Shown: one piece after another, positions 1 through 9,728 of the stretch
Layout: each line of letters opens with the position of its first letter
Numbering within the stretch: the stretch's first letter is position 1
DNA from: an uncultured Clostridia bacterium
GTDB taxonomy: Bacteria; Acidobacteriota; Aminicenantia; UBA2199
Length of the DNA stretch: 53,146 bases
Direction of reading: 5' to 3'
Assembly: GCA_964573895.1 (NCBI GenBank)
Contig: CAZNLS010000004.1
Coordinates: 1 to 53,146 of the forward strand
Made by a program: the position numbers and the translations under genes
Notes under the pieces: generated by a model
What the model saw: only the letters and a program-made list of their open reading frames with translations
Databases searched by the model: none
What the model was told of the DNA's origin: nothing

Positions 1-130
1 AACCATCCGCAGAGCGATCCTGTGATCAACAGAAAAAAAAGAAAATAGAAAACTGGAGGCAGATGTATCAAAAACCTTCAATTGTCCGCTGATAGCTGAT
101 TCATGGAATAAAATCTGCGGCTATCTTACC

Positions 131-721
131 ATGGGAAAAACCAGAACAGGAGAGCTGAAAAGAGATACATCCGAGACTTCTATAAAATGTAAAATAAATC
201 TTGACGGGAACAGCAGGGCAGAAATATCAACGGGTCTCGGATTCTTCGACCATATGATTGAACAATTCGTTTTTCATTCAGATATTAACCTTACTCTCTC
301 TGCAAGAGGAGATTTGAAAACCGGCCCGCATCATCTTATTGAAGATTCTGCAATAGTCCTCGGAGAAGCAGTCCGGCAGGCTCTCGGTAACAAAAAGGGA
401 ATCGGCCGATACGGATTCATGCTTCCAATGGATGATTCAATTGCTGAATTTGCAATCGATCTCTCCGGGAGATCATATCTGAACTGGAATGTTAAATTCA
501 TTAGAGAGAGAATTGGGGATATCCCTACCGAAATGATCAGGCATTTCTTTTACTCATTCGCCTGCTCTTCAGGATCAACAATCTATATAAGAGCAGATGG
601 TTTAAACGAGCATCACAAAATAGAAGCGATTTTTAAAGCATTCGGCAAATCATTTAAAAATGCAGTTGCAATCAGACAACACGGAGGGAATGTACCTTCT
701 ACTAAGGGGGTGCTCAGGTGA
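131..721 (+). CDS. hisB: imidazoleglycerol-phosphate dehydratase (monofunctional)
   Basis: 196-aa ORF with IGPD signatures (RDTSETSI..INLDG, GFFDHM, GPHHLIEDSAI, HHKIEA). Its stop overlaps the next his gene start (GTGA at 718-721). Confidence 0.92.
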   Translation: MGKTRTGELKRDTSETSIKCKINLDGNSRAEISTGLGFFDHMIEQFVFHSDINLTLSARGDLKTGPHHLIEDSAIVLGEAVRQALGNKKGIGRYGFMLPMDDSIAEFAIDLSGRSYLNWNVKFIRERIGDIPTEMIRHFFYSFACSSGSTIYIRADGLNEHHKIEAIFKAFGKSFKNAVAIRQHGGNVPSTKGVLR

Positions 722-1326
722 AAACAGTACTACTCAGATATAATTCGGGAAATATCAAATCGGTTTTTTTTGCTCTTAAGCGAATCGGCATAAATGCAAT
801 AGTGACGGATTCAGCAGGCAAAATGATGGAAGCAGACAGAGTCATAATTCCAGGCGTTGGGGAAGCCGGGTCCGCCCTCCGGTATATCCGTGAGAAAAAG
901 CTGGATACTGCTATAAAAAATTTAAAAGTTCCGGTTCTGGGAATCTGTCTCGGCATGCAGATCATGTTTGAACACATGGAAGAAGGCGGAGTTCCGGGAA
1001 TAGGTATAATGGAAGGAAGTATAAAAAAATTTCCCTCCGGCAATAAAATTCCTCATACGGGTTGGAATACTGTTTATTCTCTCAAGGATTCTCTTTTCAA
1101 TGAAATCGGGGAAAACAGCGCCTTCTATTTTGTTCATAGTTACTATGCAAAAAATTCATTGCATTCAATCGCATTAAGTAATTACGGGAAAGAGTTTGCA
1201 TCTGCCGTCAGGAAAAGAAATTTTTACGGTGTTCAGTTTCATCCGGAAAAGAGCGGAAAAAATGGTGAAAAAATTCTTCAGAATTTTTTCTCCAATAATA
1301 TTTTTGAAGGAGAAAATCATGTTTAA
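718..1326 (+). CDS. hisH: imidazole glycerol phosphate synthase, glutamine amidotransferase subunit
   Basis: 202-aa class-I amidotransferase with the nucleophile motif GICLGMQ and FHPEKS. GTG start; canonical his operon position. Confidence 0.9.
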   Translation: MKTVLLRYNSGNIKSVFFALKRIGINAIVTDSAGKMMEADRVIIPGVGEAGSALRYIREKKLDTAIKNLKVPVLGICLGMQIMFEHMEEGGVPGIGIMEGSIKKFPSGNKIPHTGWNTVYSLKDSLFNEIGENSAFYFVHSYYAKNSLHSIALSNYGKEFASAVRKRNFYGVQFHPEKSGKNGEKILQNFFSNNIFEGENHV

Positions 1327-2068
1327 AAAAAAGATCAGGGTCATTGCAGCTATGGATATACTGAATGGAAATTGTGTCCGCCTCAGGCAGGGTAAGTTTG
1401 AGACCGCGAAAATCTATCCGGGGTCTCCTCTCAAAAATGCCATTGAATTCGACCAGGCAGGAATCCGGGATCTTCATATTGTTGACTTAAACGGTGCAGG
1501 AGGTGAACGGTTAAAAAACCATAAAATTATAAAAGAGATTTGCAGAAAAACAAAAATGTCAGTCTATGTGGGAGGAGGTATTAACACCATGAGCAGAATA
1601 CAGGATTATATTGACAGCGGAGTTTCAGGAGTTACCGTAACAGGGATGGTTTTAAAAAACAGGAAGGAATTCGAAAAATGTTTATTTAAATTCGGCCCGG
1701 ATAAATTGAGAATTGCGGCAGATGTAAAAGAGGGCAGGATTGCTTTTAACGGATGGAGAAAAATATCAGAATGGGACATTCACTCTTTTGTTGGGTATTT
1801 GAGCAGAGCGGGAGTTACTACATTTATTTGTACCGATACGGCAAAAGACGGAATGATGAGGGGTTCTTCCACCGATCTTTATGCAGATATACTTATAAAA
1901 AATCCTGAAATAAAACTCATTGCAAGCGGCGGTGTTACAGGTTTTGAAGAGATAAAAAAATTAGCCGGACTGGGAGTTTGGGGAGTAATTGTCGGAAAGA
2001 GCATATATGAGGGGAAAATAAGTGCAGAGGATATTGTTGCATTTCAAAATGGAGAAGCATTATGTTGA
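1319..2068 (+). CDS. hisA: ProFAR isomerase (1-(5-phosphoribosyl)-5-[(5-phosphoribosylamino)methylideneamino]imidazole-4-carboxamide isomerase)
   Basis: The ORF-track start at 1196 lies inside hisH. The ATG at 1319 gives MFKKKIRVIAAMDILNGNCVRL, a typical HisA N-terminus. The C-terminal GVIVGKSIYEG motif is present. 8-nt overlap with hisH. Confidence 0.88.
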   Translation: MFKKKIRVIAAMDILNGNCVRLRQGKFETAKIYPGSPLKNAIEFDQAGIRDLHIVDLNGAGGERLKNHKIIKEICRKTKMSVYVGGGINTMSRIQDYIDSGVSGVTVTGMVLKNRKEFEKCLFKFGPDKLRIAADVKEGRIAFNGWRKISEWDIHSFVGYLSRAGVTTFICTDTAKDGMMRGSSTDLYADILIKNPEIKLIASGGVTGFEEIKKLAGLGVWGVIVGKSIYEGKISAEDIVAFQNGEALC

Positions 2069-2823
2069 CAAAAAGGATAATTCCCTGCCTTGATATAATG
2101 GATGGCAGAGTTGTAAAAGGAGTAAATTTCAGAAACCTTACCGATTCGGGAGATCCGGTCAAACTCGGTTTAAAATATTGCAGAGAGGGTGCGGATGAAC
2201 TTGTATTTCTCGACATCAAAGCGACAATGAGAGATGGAAAAGCAGAGGGAGAGTTGGTCAGCAGTATAGCTGAAAAAATTAATATCCCGTTTACTGTAGG
2301 GGGAGGGATCAAAAATATCGAAGATGTAAAATTTCTTCTTGAATCGGGCGCAGATAAAATCTCTGTAAATTCGGCGGCTGTTATTAATCCTCTCCTTATA
2401 ACAAAGCTTGCTGCGGAATTCGGATCTCAGTGCGTGGTAGTTGCAATCGATATTAATAAGATAAAAGAGAGGTGGATAGTCCATATCAATGGCGGAAAAA
2501 CTCAAACAGACCGGGAAGCGGTTGAATGGGCCATTGAAGCCTCAACCCGTGGTGCAGGTGAACTTCTCATTACATCTATGAACAGGGACGGAACCTGCAG
2601 CGGATTTGACAAGTCTTTGATCAAAGCAGTAACAAATGCTGTAAATTGTCCGGTAATCGCTTCGGGAGGTGGAGGAAGAGAGGAGGATTTTTTTGAAATA
2701 TTCAGTGAGAGCGGAGCCGATGCAGCACTTGCTGCAAATATATTTCACTTTGACAAACTGAGGATAGATCAAATCAAGGATTACTTACACAAAAGATCAA
2801 TCCCCGTAAGGAGGACAGTATGA
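2062..2823 (+). CDS. hisF: imidazole glycerol phosphate synthase, cyclase subunit
   Basis: 253 aa with MLTKRIIPCLDI.DGRVVKG, GADELVFLDI and ASGGGG motifs. Overlaps hisA by 7 nt. Confidence 0.93.
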   Translation: MLTKRIIPCLDIMDGRVVKGVNFRNLTDSGDPVKLGLKYCREGADELVFLDIKATMRDGKAEGELVSSIAEKINIPFTVGGGIKNIEDVKFLLESGADKISVNSAAVINPLLITKLAAEFGSQCVVVAIDINKIKERWIVHINGGKTQTDREAVEWAIEASTRGAGELLITSMNRDGTCSGFDKSLIKAVTNAVNCPVIASGGGGREEDFFEIFSESGADAALAANIFHFDKLRIDQIKDYLHKRSIPVRRTV

Positions 2824-3446
2824 GTGATATTCTAAAAAACATCGATTTTAGCAGGCATAGTCTGATTCCGGCAATAATCCAGGACAAAAACACGGGAATT
2901 GTGCTCATGCTCGGGTATATGAACAAGGAAGCACTTCAAAAGACTATTAAGATAGGCAGAGTCACATTTTATTCCAGAAAAAGAGCAAGATTATGGACAA
3001 AAGGAGAAGAGTCCGGAAATTTCCTGAACGTTATAGAGATATTACCCGATTGCGACAATGATACGATTCTTGTTTTTGTTAATCCCGCAGGCGTTGTTTG
3101 CCACACAGGAGAGGACACATGCTTCGGGATGCCAAACAAAAAAGCTTTCTTAAATGAACTTGAGGATATTATCCGGGAACGAAGGGACAGGCCGGTTGAA
3201 AATTCATATTGCAGCAGACTGCTTTTGGGAAAAATCGAAAATATTTCAAGAAAGATCGGAGAGGAGGCTACTGAAGTGGTAATTGAATCTGTCCGGCATG
3301 GGAACCGTGAACGTTTCGTTGAAGAATCTGCTGACCTCTTCTTCCACCTGCTTCTACTCCTGTGGAAAAAAAGAGAGAGCTTTTCGTCAGTCCTGAAAGT
3401 ACTGGAAAAACGGAGATTGCTAAGCATGAAAAAGAGAGACAGCTGA
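2820..3446 (+). CDS. hisI: bifunctional phosphoribosyl-AMP cyclohydrolase / phosphoribosyl-ATP pyrophosphatase
   Basis: 208 aa. N-terminal cyclohydrolase part (LIPAIIQD.., CHTGEDTCF) plus C-terminal PRA-PH part (EEATEV.., ADLFFHLLLLL). 4-nt overlap with hisF. Confidence 0.9.
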   Translation: MSDILKNIDFSRHSLIPAIIQDKNTGIVLMLGYMNKEALQKTIKIGRVTFYSRKRARLWTKGEESGNFLNVIEILPDCDNDTILVFVNPAGVVCHTGEDTCFGMPNKKAFLNELEDIIRERRDRPVENSYCSRLLLGKIENISRKIGEEATEVVIESVRHGNRERFVEESADLFFHLLLLLWKKRESFSSVLKVLEKRRLLSMKKRDS

Positions 3447-3584
3447 GTTTCCTATAAAAACTATTTATATATATATTCGTAAAGATAAATGTGAAGAGAT
3501 AGTTCCGCGGAGCTAAATATTTTGGAATTTACGGAGATATGTTAGAATAATTTCGGAGCCGTCAATAAATTCTCAGGAGGCAGC

Positions 3585-4604
3585 ATGAAAAATAAATTTG
3601 GACAAATTTTGATTTTAATTCTCGGGGCATTTTTAATATTTACCTCCGGGTGCGGGGATGAAACATCTCTCCCGAGCGAATCACCGGATTATTCGTTTCT
3701 GAGAATGATCCCGGCAGATACATCGGGATTTTTTACTTTAAATATAAAAAAATTGTCATCACTTCCGATTTTTGAAAAGATAAAAGAAGATTTTGTAAAA
3801 AAAGATACTTTAAACAAAAAAAAGCAATTTAAAGATTATGCTGATTTTGTTGAAAAAACAGGAATTAATCCCAAAAAAGACCTTAACTCAATAGTCTTTG
3901 CGGTTTTTGGAAGCATAAATCCCGATAAACCTGATTTTTCAGTAATAGCAAACCTGAGATATGACAAGGGAAAACTGCTGAATATCATGAAGGAAAAAAT
4001 CGAAGATTTAAAGGAAGAGACCTATCTTGGTAAAAGCCTGTTCACATTTGAAGAGATGAAGGGGAAAAAAGTCGGGTTCAGTATGATATCCGGTAACAAG
4101 ATCACTTTCGGATCTATTCCGGGAGTCAGAAAGGTGATTAAGCTCTCAAATGGAGAGGGAAAATCAGCAGAGTCCAACGCAAAGATCACCAGTTTATTTA
4201 AAAGGATGAAGGGAAACCCAATGGCCTCATTCCTATTCCTTATTCCTGAAAAACAGCGGGTCAAAAAGGATGCAGGAATGTTTAAAATCGATTTTACAAA
4301 GGCCGAAGCAGTCTACGGGAATATAGATTACACAGGGATGGACTGGTCCTCTAATATTGTGCTCGTCTCGAAAAATGAAGAGGGAAACAAGCAGCTGAAA
4401 AGCACTATTGAAGGGCTAATGGGATTAGGATCTGCATTCGGTCCCGAAGTCGCAGAACTCGTGAAAAATATAGAGATAACAGCTGCTGCCGACACTCTTT
4501 CAATCTCAATAATTATATCCAGTGAACTTTTGGAGAAACTTAAGAAGAAGGCAGAGGAAAAGATGAAAGGAATAAAAGACAAATCACCTTCACAGTTTCA
4601 TTAA
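3585..4604 (+). CDS. hypothetical lipoprotein
   Basis: 339-aa ORF preceded by an AGGAGG RBS. The signal peptide ends in a lipobox-like FTSGC. Lys-rich soluble body; no family recognised. Confidence 0.6.
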   Translation: MKNKFGQILILILGAFLIFTSGCGDETSLPSESPDYSFLRMIPADTSGFFTLNIKKLSSLPIFEKIKEDFVKKDTLNKKKQFKDYADFVEKTGINPKKDLNSIVFAVFGSINPDKPDFSVIANLRYDKGKLLNIMKEKIEDLKEETYLGKSLFTFEEMKGKKVGFSMISGNKITFGSIPGVRKVIKLSNGEGKSAESNAKITSLFKRMKGNPMASFLFLIPEKQRVKKDAGMFKIDFTKAEAVYGNIDYTGMDWSSNIVLVSKNEEGNKQLKSTIEGLMGLGSAFGPEVAELVKNIEITAAADTLSISIIISSELLEKLKKKAEEKMKGIKDKSPSQFH

Positions 4605-4632
4605 ACAAGTCCTGAATTTAAAAGTTTTAACA

Positions 4633-4661
4633 TTGAAAATTGAATTTTAATATGCTATAAA
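4633..4661 (+). promoter_or_regulatory. candidate sigma70-type promoter for the STAS gene
   Basis: TTGAAA (4633-4638), 17-nt spacer, TATAAA (4656-4661), with TG two nt upstream of the -10 (extended -10). About 20 nt upstream of the AGGAG RBS and the ATG at 4682. Confidence 0.5.
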
Positions 4662-4681
4662 TCAAAGAAACAGGAGATAAA

Positions 4682-5017
4682 ATGAAGATAGAAAAAAGAA
4701 AAAACGGTGAGGTTACAATATTTGATATCAAAGGAAAGATCCTTATCGGTGATGGAGTTGCAGAACTTAGGGAAGCGATAAATAGTGCTGTAGATAGTAA
4801 AGAGGACAAACTCCTACTTAACTTTGAACAGGTCCCCTACCTTGATTCTACCGGACTGGGGGAAGTGGTCAGATCCTATACTTCCGTAAAAAGCAAAGGA
4901 GGTGTGGTAAAGATCGTTAACCTCACAAATAAGGTTAAGGACCTTCTATCTGTTACCAAATTAATAACGGTATTTGAAACATTTGAGGACGAAAACAAAG
5001 CAGTTAACAGTTTTTAA
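4682..5017 (+). CDS. STAS-domain anti-sigma-factor antagonist (SpoIIAA/RsbV-like)
   Basis: 111 aa, a typical length for this family. Conserved phosphorylatable-serine motif YLDSTGLGEVV. Confidence 0.8.
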   Translation: MKIEKRKNGEVTIFDIKGKILIGDGVAELREAINSAVDSKEDKLLLNFEQVPYLDSTGLGEVVRSYTSVKSKGGVVKIVNLTNKVKDLLSVTKLITVFETFEDENKAVNSF

Positions 5018-5040
5018 AAACTCAGGACATATCTTTCAAT

Positions 5041-6771
5041 TTGGCAGGAATTAACAAAGCAGTTAAATACTTTTTTTCTCTATTCTTTATCTTCATAATC
5101 TTCTTTTCGGCATCAACAGACATCCCGGTCAGACAGAGGGGTGGATTCTTTTCCGATGAATCAAGCTATTTTTCACTAACCCAAAGTATTGCTTATGATT
5201 TTGACATTGAATATACAAGAGAGGATCTCGTTCGGATCAAAAAACTATTTCAAACGGGCCCCGAAGCTGTATATCTGAAAAAATCAAAAGACGGTAAACT
5301 GACTTTTGCAAAATTTTTTTCCTACCCACTGATTGCCGCACCATTTTTCCGGATATTCGGGGTCAGAGGATTTTTAATTTTAAACTCATTAATGATATTT
5401 TTCTCACTTCTTATGGGTTACCTGTTTCTAAAAAAATATCATGATAATTTAAAGTCACTCCTTTTTTCAATAATTTTTATTCTTGCAACAGTAATTCCGG
5501 TATACATATGGTGGATGACTGCAGATCTTTTTAATTTTTTCATGGTCTTTTGCGGTCTCTTTTTCTTCTTTTATCCCTTTAAAAACAGAAGGTTAATTTA
5601 TCTGTCTCCGCTCTTTTTCAGCTTAGGTATATTTTCAAAACCGACGATAATCTTCCCGGCTGCAATACTGTTTCTGCTGCTTCTTTACAGGAGAGAATGG
5701 AAGCGGTTTGCTATTTACACATTAATAGCCGCAACAGTATGCTCTGCACTGCTCTTCTTCTACTATTCCCAGACAGGAGAATTCAATCCCATGGGAGGAG
5801 AACGCAGAAGCTTTCATGCTAAATTCCCATATGAGAAACCTGAATATACATTTGAGAACGGTTTCAAAATGAGTATTGATAATTATAAAAAGAGATTCTT
5901 TCTGACTCCTGAAGTTGCAATTTTGAATTTATTCTACTATTTTTTCGGCAGGTTCACCGGGATGCTGATCTATTTCTTCCCGGGAGTATTCATCCTCTTT
6001 TTCTATTTTTTTCAAAAAAGGGAGAAAGAAGATCATTTTATATTTGCCGCTATCATAACCGGGATTCTTGTTTATATCCTTTTTTTGGATCCGGTAAACT
6101 ATTTTGGCGGCAGCGGATCGGTAGGGAACAGGTATTTCATGACCGTTTATCCACTCCTGTTCTTCCTCGGATTTAAGAATAGAAAAATCAGATTTCTGCA
6201 TGTTCCTGCAATTGCCGCCTTAATTTTTTTATCCGGAATATATATGGATATGAACTATCACTCCGCATATTCACGTTATGCCGGGATGTCATTTCCTTCA
6301 AATCTGTTCCCCCCCGAAAAAACCCAATATGACAAGCTGCCAACAAATGAGAATCCCAGGGCTTTCGGACGGGTTATCCATGACGGGAAAAACAGATATT
6401 GGGTCTATTTTTTAAATGATAACTACCACCCGATAAACATGAATTCATTCTGGACTTACGGAGACAAACAACTGGAACTTTTTCTTGCAACTGAGAAAAA
6501 AGTGAAAAATTTCCGGTTCATGGTACTGAACGGTGCTGTCAATAACAGCGCAAGTATAAAAATTGAGGACATCGAAAAAAAGATATTTCTCAGACCGGAA
6601 GAAACCTCTCTAAAGATAGTAAAAAACATAAGAGGATTAAGAATGAGCGGAAGGTATGTCTACTATCTTAAAATTAAGAGTGATAAATCATATACTCCAT
6701 ACCTTGACAGCAGGAATGACCCTGACAGGCGTACACTGGGTGTTAAGATCCACATCGGAGTTGAATACTGA
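5041..6771 (+). CDS. polytopic membrane protein, GT39/ArnT-like glycosyltransferase fold (putative)
   Basis: 576 aa with more than 10 Phe/Leu-rich hydrophobic segments and a soluble tail of about 170 aa. TTG start without an obvious RBS, so the start is uncertain. Family call rests on overall architecture only. Confidence 0.45.
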   Translation: MAGINKAVKYFFSLFFIFIIFFSASTDIPVRQRGGFFSDESSYFSLTQSIAYDFDIEYTREDLVRIKKLFQTGPEAVYLKKSKDGKLTFAKFFSYPLIAAPFFRIFGVRGFLILNSLMIFFSLLMGYLFLKKYHDNLKSLLFSIIFILATVIPVYIWWMTADLFNFFMVFCGLFFFFYPFKNRRLIYLSPLFFSLGIFSKPTIIFPAAILFLLLLYRREWKRFAIYTLIAATVCSALLFFYYSQTGEFNPMGGERRSFHAKFPYEKPEYTFENGFKMSIDNYKKRFFLTPEVAILNLFYYFFGRFTGMLIYFFPGVFILFFYFFQKREKEDHFIFAAIITGILVYILFLDPVNYFGGSGSVGNRYFMTVYPLLFFLGFKNRKIRFLHVPAIAALIFLSGIYMDMNYHSAYSRYAGMSFPSNLFPPEKTQYDKLPTNENPRAFGRVIHDGKNRYWVYFLNDNYHPINMNSFWTYGDKQLELFLATEKKVKNFRFMVLNGAVNNSASIKIEDIEKKIFLRPEETSLKIVKNIRGLRMSGRYVYYLKIKSDKSYTPYLDSRNDPDRRTLGVKIHIGVEY

Positions 6772-8658
6772 ATGTGCGGGATTACCGGGTTCTACCAGAA
6801 TAGAAAACTTGCGGATAAGTCTGTCCTTAAAAAAATGAATGACCGGATCACCCACCGCGGTCCGGATGACGAAGGTTTCTTTTTTAACGGAAAAGCCGGC
6901 CTTGCAGCAAGGAGATTAAGTATAATTGATCTAAAGACTGGTCATCAACCTCTATCTTCATATTCAGGAAAATGCCATATCACCTATAACGGAGAGGTCT
7001 ATAATTTTGCAGAACTGAGAAAAGATCTCATTTCAATGGGGTATAAATTCAGGACTCAGACAGATACCGAAGTCATTGTAAATCTCTACGAAGAATTCGG
7101 GACGGACTTTGTCACCAGGTTGAGAGGAATGTTTGCTATAGGGATATATGACAGTAGAAAAGAGAGGTTAATTCTAGCCAGGGATCATACCGGTATAAAG
7201 CCTCTTTACTATACTTTTTTACCGGGGAAGGAATGTTTAGTGTTCGGTTCCGAGATCAAAGCAATCCTGGAATATCCGGATATTAAGCGCGAGGTCAGCA
7301 GGGATGCTCTTGATTTTTTTCTTACACTTGAGTATATTCCGGCACCGTTTTCCATTTTCAGAGGCATAAAAAAACTCCGCCCGGGACATGTCCTGGTTTA
7401 CGAGAACAACCGCATTAAAACATCTAAGTACTGGGAAGTGAAAAAAAGAGATATTCCGAAAACTATTTCTGAACAGAAAGAGGTTTTCCATTCACTTCTC
7501 GAAGAGTCTGTTAAAATGAGAATGATATCCGATGTACCTCTAGGCGCATTTCTTTCCGGCGGGATCGATTCAAGTTCAATTGTCTCTGTGATGTCAAAGC
7601 TATCGAAAGATCCGATTAAAACATTCTCCATCGGTTTTGAGGAAAAATCGTACAGTGAACTTCAATATTCCGAAGTGATCTCAAAGAAGTTCGGTACGGA
7701 TCACTATACAAAAAACCTTTCTCCGGATATTGAGAAGCTGGTATTGTTTCTTTCTGATTTTCTGGATGAACCGCTTGGAGATTTTTCTAATTTTCCAACT
7801 TACCTTGTCTCAAAAACTGCAAGGGAAAAGGTGACTGTTGTTTTATCGGGAGACGGTGGTGATGAAATATTCGGTGGATATGAACATTATATTGCTCAAA
7901 AAATTGCAGGGTTGATTGATAAATTTCCTCTAAGGATGATGCATAAAGCTCTCTCAAGAATGACATGGCTCTTCCCTCCGTCAGAACTAAAGAAAGGCTT
8001 TGTAAACAGGATAAAAAGATTCAGCGAAGGTCTTGAAAATGACTATAGGAACAGGCATTTCAGGTGGATGATATTCCTCTCTGATCTTCAGAAATCAAAT
8101 CTGTATTCTGACAGGATGTTAAAAGAGGAGTATAACTCAGAACTTTTCTCCAGGGATCCAATTTCGGAATATTTTAATCTTTCTGAGAATTTTAAAGGAA
8201 TAAACAGAGATCTTTATCTCGATTTGAAAACATATCTCGTTGATAATATACTTGTTAAAGTGGACAGAATGAGTATGGCAACTTCACTTGAAGCAAGAGT
8301 TCCTCTCCTTGATCATAAAATGGTTGAGTTCGCATTTTCACTTCCACCCGGTTTAAAATTAAAAGGGAAGACTACAAAATACTTTTTCAAGGAAGCGATG
8401 AGAGGGATCCTGCCCGACTCAATTATAGACAGACGTAAAGAAGGATTTTCCATACCCATTAAAAACTGGCTGAAAAAAGATTTAAAAGATCTCATGCTGG
8501 AATACCTTTCTGAAAAGAGAGTAAAAGAGGGAGATTTTTTCAATTATAAGTATGTGGAAAAGATGATAAATGAACATCTTAATAACAGGCAGAATCATGC
8601 CCACAGGCTCTGGTCATTGATCCTGTTCAATATTTGGAGGGAAAAATTTCTGAAATAA
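6772..8658 (+). CDS. asnB: asparagine synthetase B-type glutamine-hydrolysing amidotransferase
   Basis: 628 aa. N-terminal MCGI nucleophile Cys2 and the PP-loop SGGIDSS. The ATG directly abuts the stop of the preceding membrane protein. Confidence 0.88.
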   Translation: MCGITGFYQNRKLADKSVLKKMNDRITHRGPDDEGFFFNGKAGLAARRLSIIDLKTGHQPLSSYSGKCHITYNGEVYNFAELRKDLISMGYKFRTQTDTEVIVNLYEEFGTDFVTRLRGMFAIGIYDSRKERLILARDHTGIKPLYYTFLPGKECLVFGSEIKAILEYPDIKREVSRDALDFFLTLEYIPAPFSIFRGIKKLRPGHVLVYENNRIKTSKYWEVKKRDIPKTISEQKEVFHSLLEESVKMRMISDVPLGAFLSGGIDSSSIVSVMSKLSKDPIKTFSIGFEEKSYSELQYSEVISKKFGTDHYTKNLSPDIEKLVLFLSDFLDEPLGDFSNFPTYLVSKTAREKVTVVLSGDGGDEIFGGYEHYIAQKIAGLIDKFPLRMMHKALSRMTWLFPPSELKKGFVNRIKRFSEGLENDYRNRHFRWMIFLSDLQKSNLYSDRMLKEEYNSELFSRDPISEYFNLSENFKGINRDLYLDLKTYLVDNILVKVDRMSMATSLEARVPLLDHKMVEFAFSLPPGLKLKGKTTKYFFKEAMRGILPDSIIDRRKEGFSIPIKNWLKKDLKDLMLEYLSEKRVKEGDFFNYKYVEKMINEHLNNRQNHAHRLWSLILFNIWREKFLK

Positions 8659-9728
8659 AAACTATCCAGCCTAAATGTACAAATTGCGGTGCAGACCTGA
8701 AATTTTCTCCCGGTGAAGACTCACTCGAATGCAGCTTCTGCGGGACTTTAAACAGAATAGACAGAGGTACAGACAAAAGCACCGGTAGTGATTATAGAAA
8801 AATTCTCGAAGAACTTGAAAAAAAAGAGGAGTTTATTGAAAGTTATACGGCAAAGTGCAATACCTGCAGCTCTATTTTTGATGTTGCTGGAAACATCTCA
8901 TCGACCGAATGTCCATTCTGTGCAAGTCCGGTTATAGTTGAAGGCGGCTCAACAAGAAGGATAAAACCTAAATCCGTGATCCCGTTTAAAATTGATTCGG
9001 GAAAAGCAAAAGAAATATTTAGTAAATGGGTAAAAAAGTTATGGTTTGCACCGGCGGAACTCAAAGACAGGCTTTTTATGGAAAGTAGATTAAAAGGAAT
9101 CTATCTCCCCTACTGGATTTTCGGGATGAGCTCGATATCATATTATAACGGAGAGCGGGGTGATGATCACAAAGAGAACGAATCATACACAACTTATGAA
9201 AACGGAAAGGAAGTCACGAAGACAAATTCTATTACGGTTACAAACTGGGCGCCATCTTCAGGAGTTATTTCCAGAGATTTCAGGGATATACTTATATCTG
9301 CAACCGATACGGTTCCCAAAAATCATCTCAAGTCGATTGGGAACTGGAAGTTGGATAAAGCACGGGAATATGATGATGATTATGTTAGCGGTTTTATCTC
9401 AGAATGTTATTCAATCGGTGTTACAGATGGTTTTTCAAAAGCCGTGCAAACTGTCGGGGAGAAGATAAAAGCCTTTATAAAATCTGATATAGGCGGTGAT
9501 CATCAAAAGATTAATTCCGTAAGGACAACATACGACGGGATATCTTTCAAACATGTTTTGTTCCCTGTATGGATCAGTTCTTTCAGGTTCAAAAAGAAAA
9601 ACTACAATTTTATGATAAACGGTTCGACCGGAAAAATATATGGTCAGCGGCCCTGGAGCAAAAAAAAACTGTTCTTACTCTTCTTTTCAATAGCAGCAGT
9701 GATCGCTGCACTTGTTATTATTTTCTGA
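8634..9728 (+). CDS. double zinc-ribbon protein with C-terminal membrane anchor (conserved hypothetical)
   Basis: Two CxxC..CxxC ribbons (CTNCG..CSFCG and CNTCS..CPFCA) and a C-terminal hydrophobic helix LFLLFFSIAAVIAALVIIF. The TTG start overlaps asnB by 25 nt, so the start is uncertain. Confidence 0.6.
   Translation: MEGKISEIKTIQPKCTNCGADLKFSPGEDSLECSFCGTLNRIDRGTDKSTGSDYRKILEELEKKEEFIESYTAKCNTCSSIFDVAGNISSTECPFCASPVIVEGGSTRRIKPKSVIPFKIDSGKAKEIFSKWVKKLWFAPAELKDRLFMESRLKGIYLPYWIFGMSSISYYNGERGDDHKENESYTTYENGKEVTKTNSITVTNWAPSSGVISRDFRDILISATDTVPKNHLKSIGNWKLDKAREYDDDYVSGFISECYSIGVTDGFSKAVQTVGEKIKAFIKSDIGGDHQKINSVRTTYDGISFKHVLFPVWISSFRFKKKNYNFMINGSTGKIYGQRPWSKKKLFLLFFSIAAVIAALVIIF

Noticed and set aside
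1196-1318. ORF-track N-terminal extension of hisA (start at 1196).
   Set aside because: It lies entirely inside hisH in another frame. The ATG at 1319 gives a canonical HisA N-terminus and the usual short overlap seen at every other his junction.
3466-3476. Short (TA)n run downstream of hisIE.
   Set aside because: It has only about 5.5 units in an AT-rich spacer, which is too short to call a microsatellite or regulatory element.
3522-3548. TTGGAA ... TAGAAT promoter-like pair upstream of the lipoprotein gene, and a similar TTGAAG ... TATAAA pair at 19450-19476 upstream of lpxD.
   Set aside because: The spacer is only 15 nt in both cases, outside the 16-18 nt range seen in the convincing promoters of this window, so I do not report them as features.
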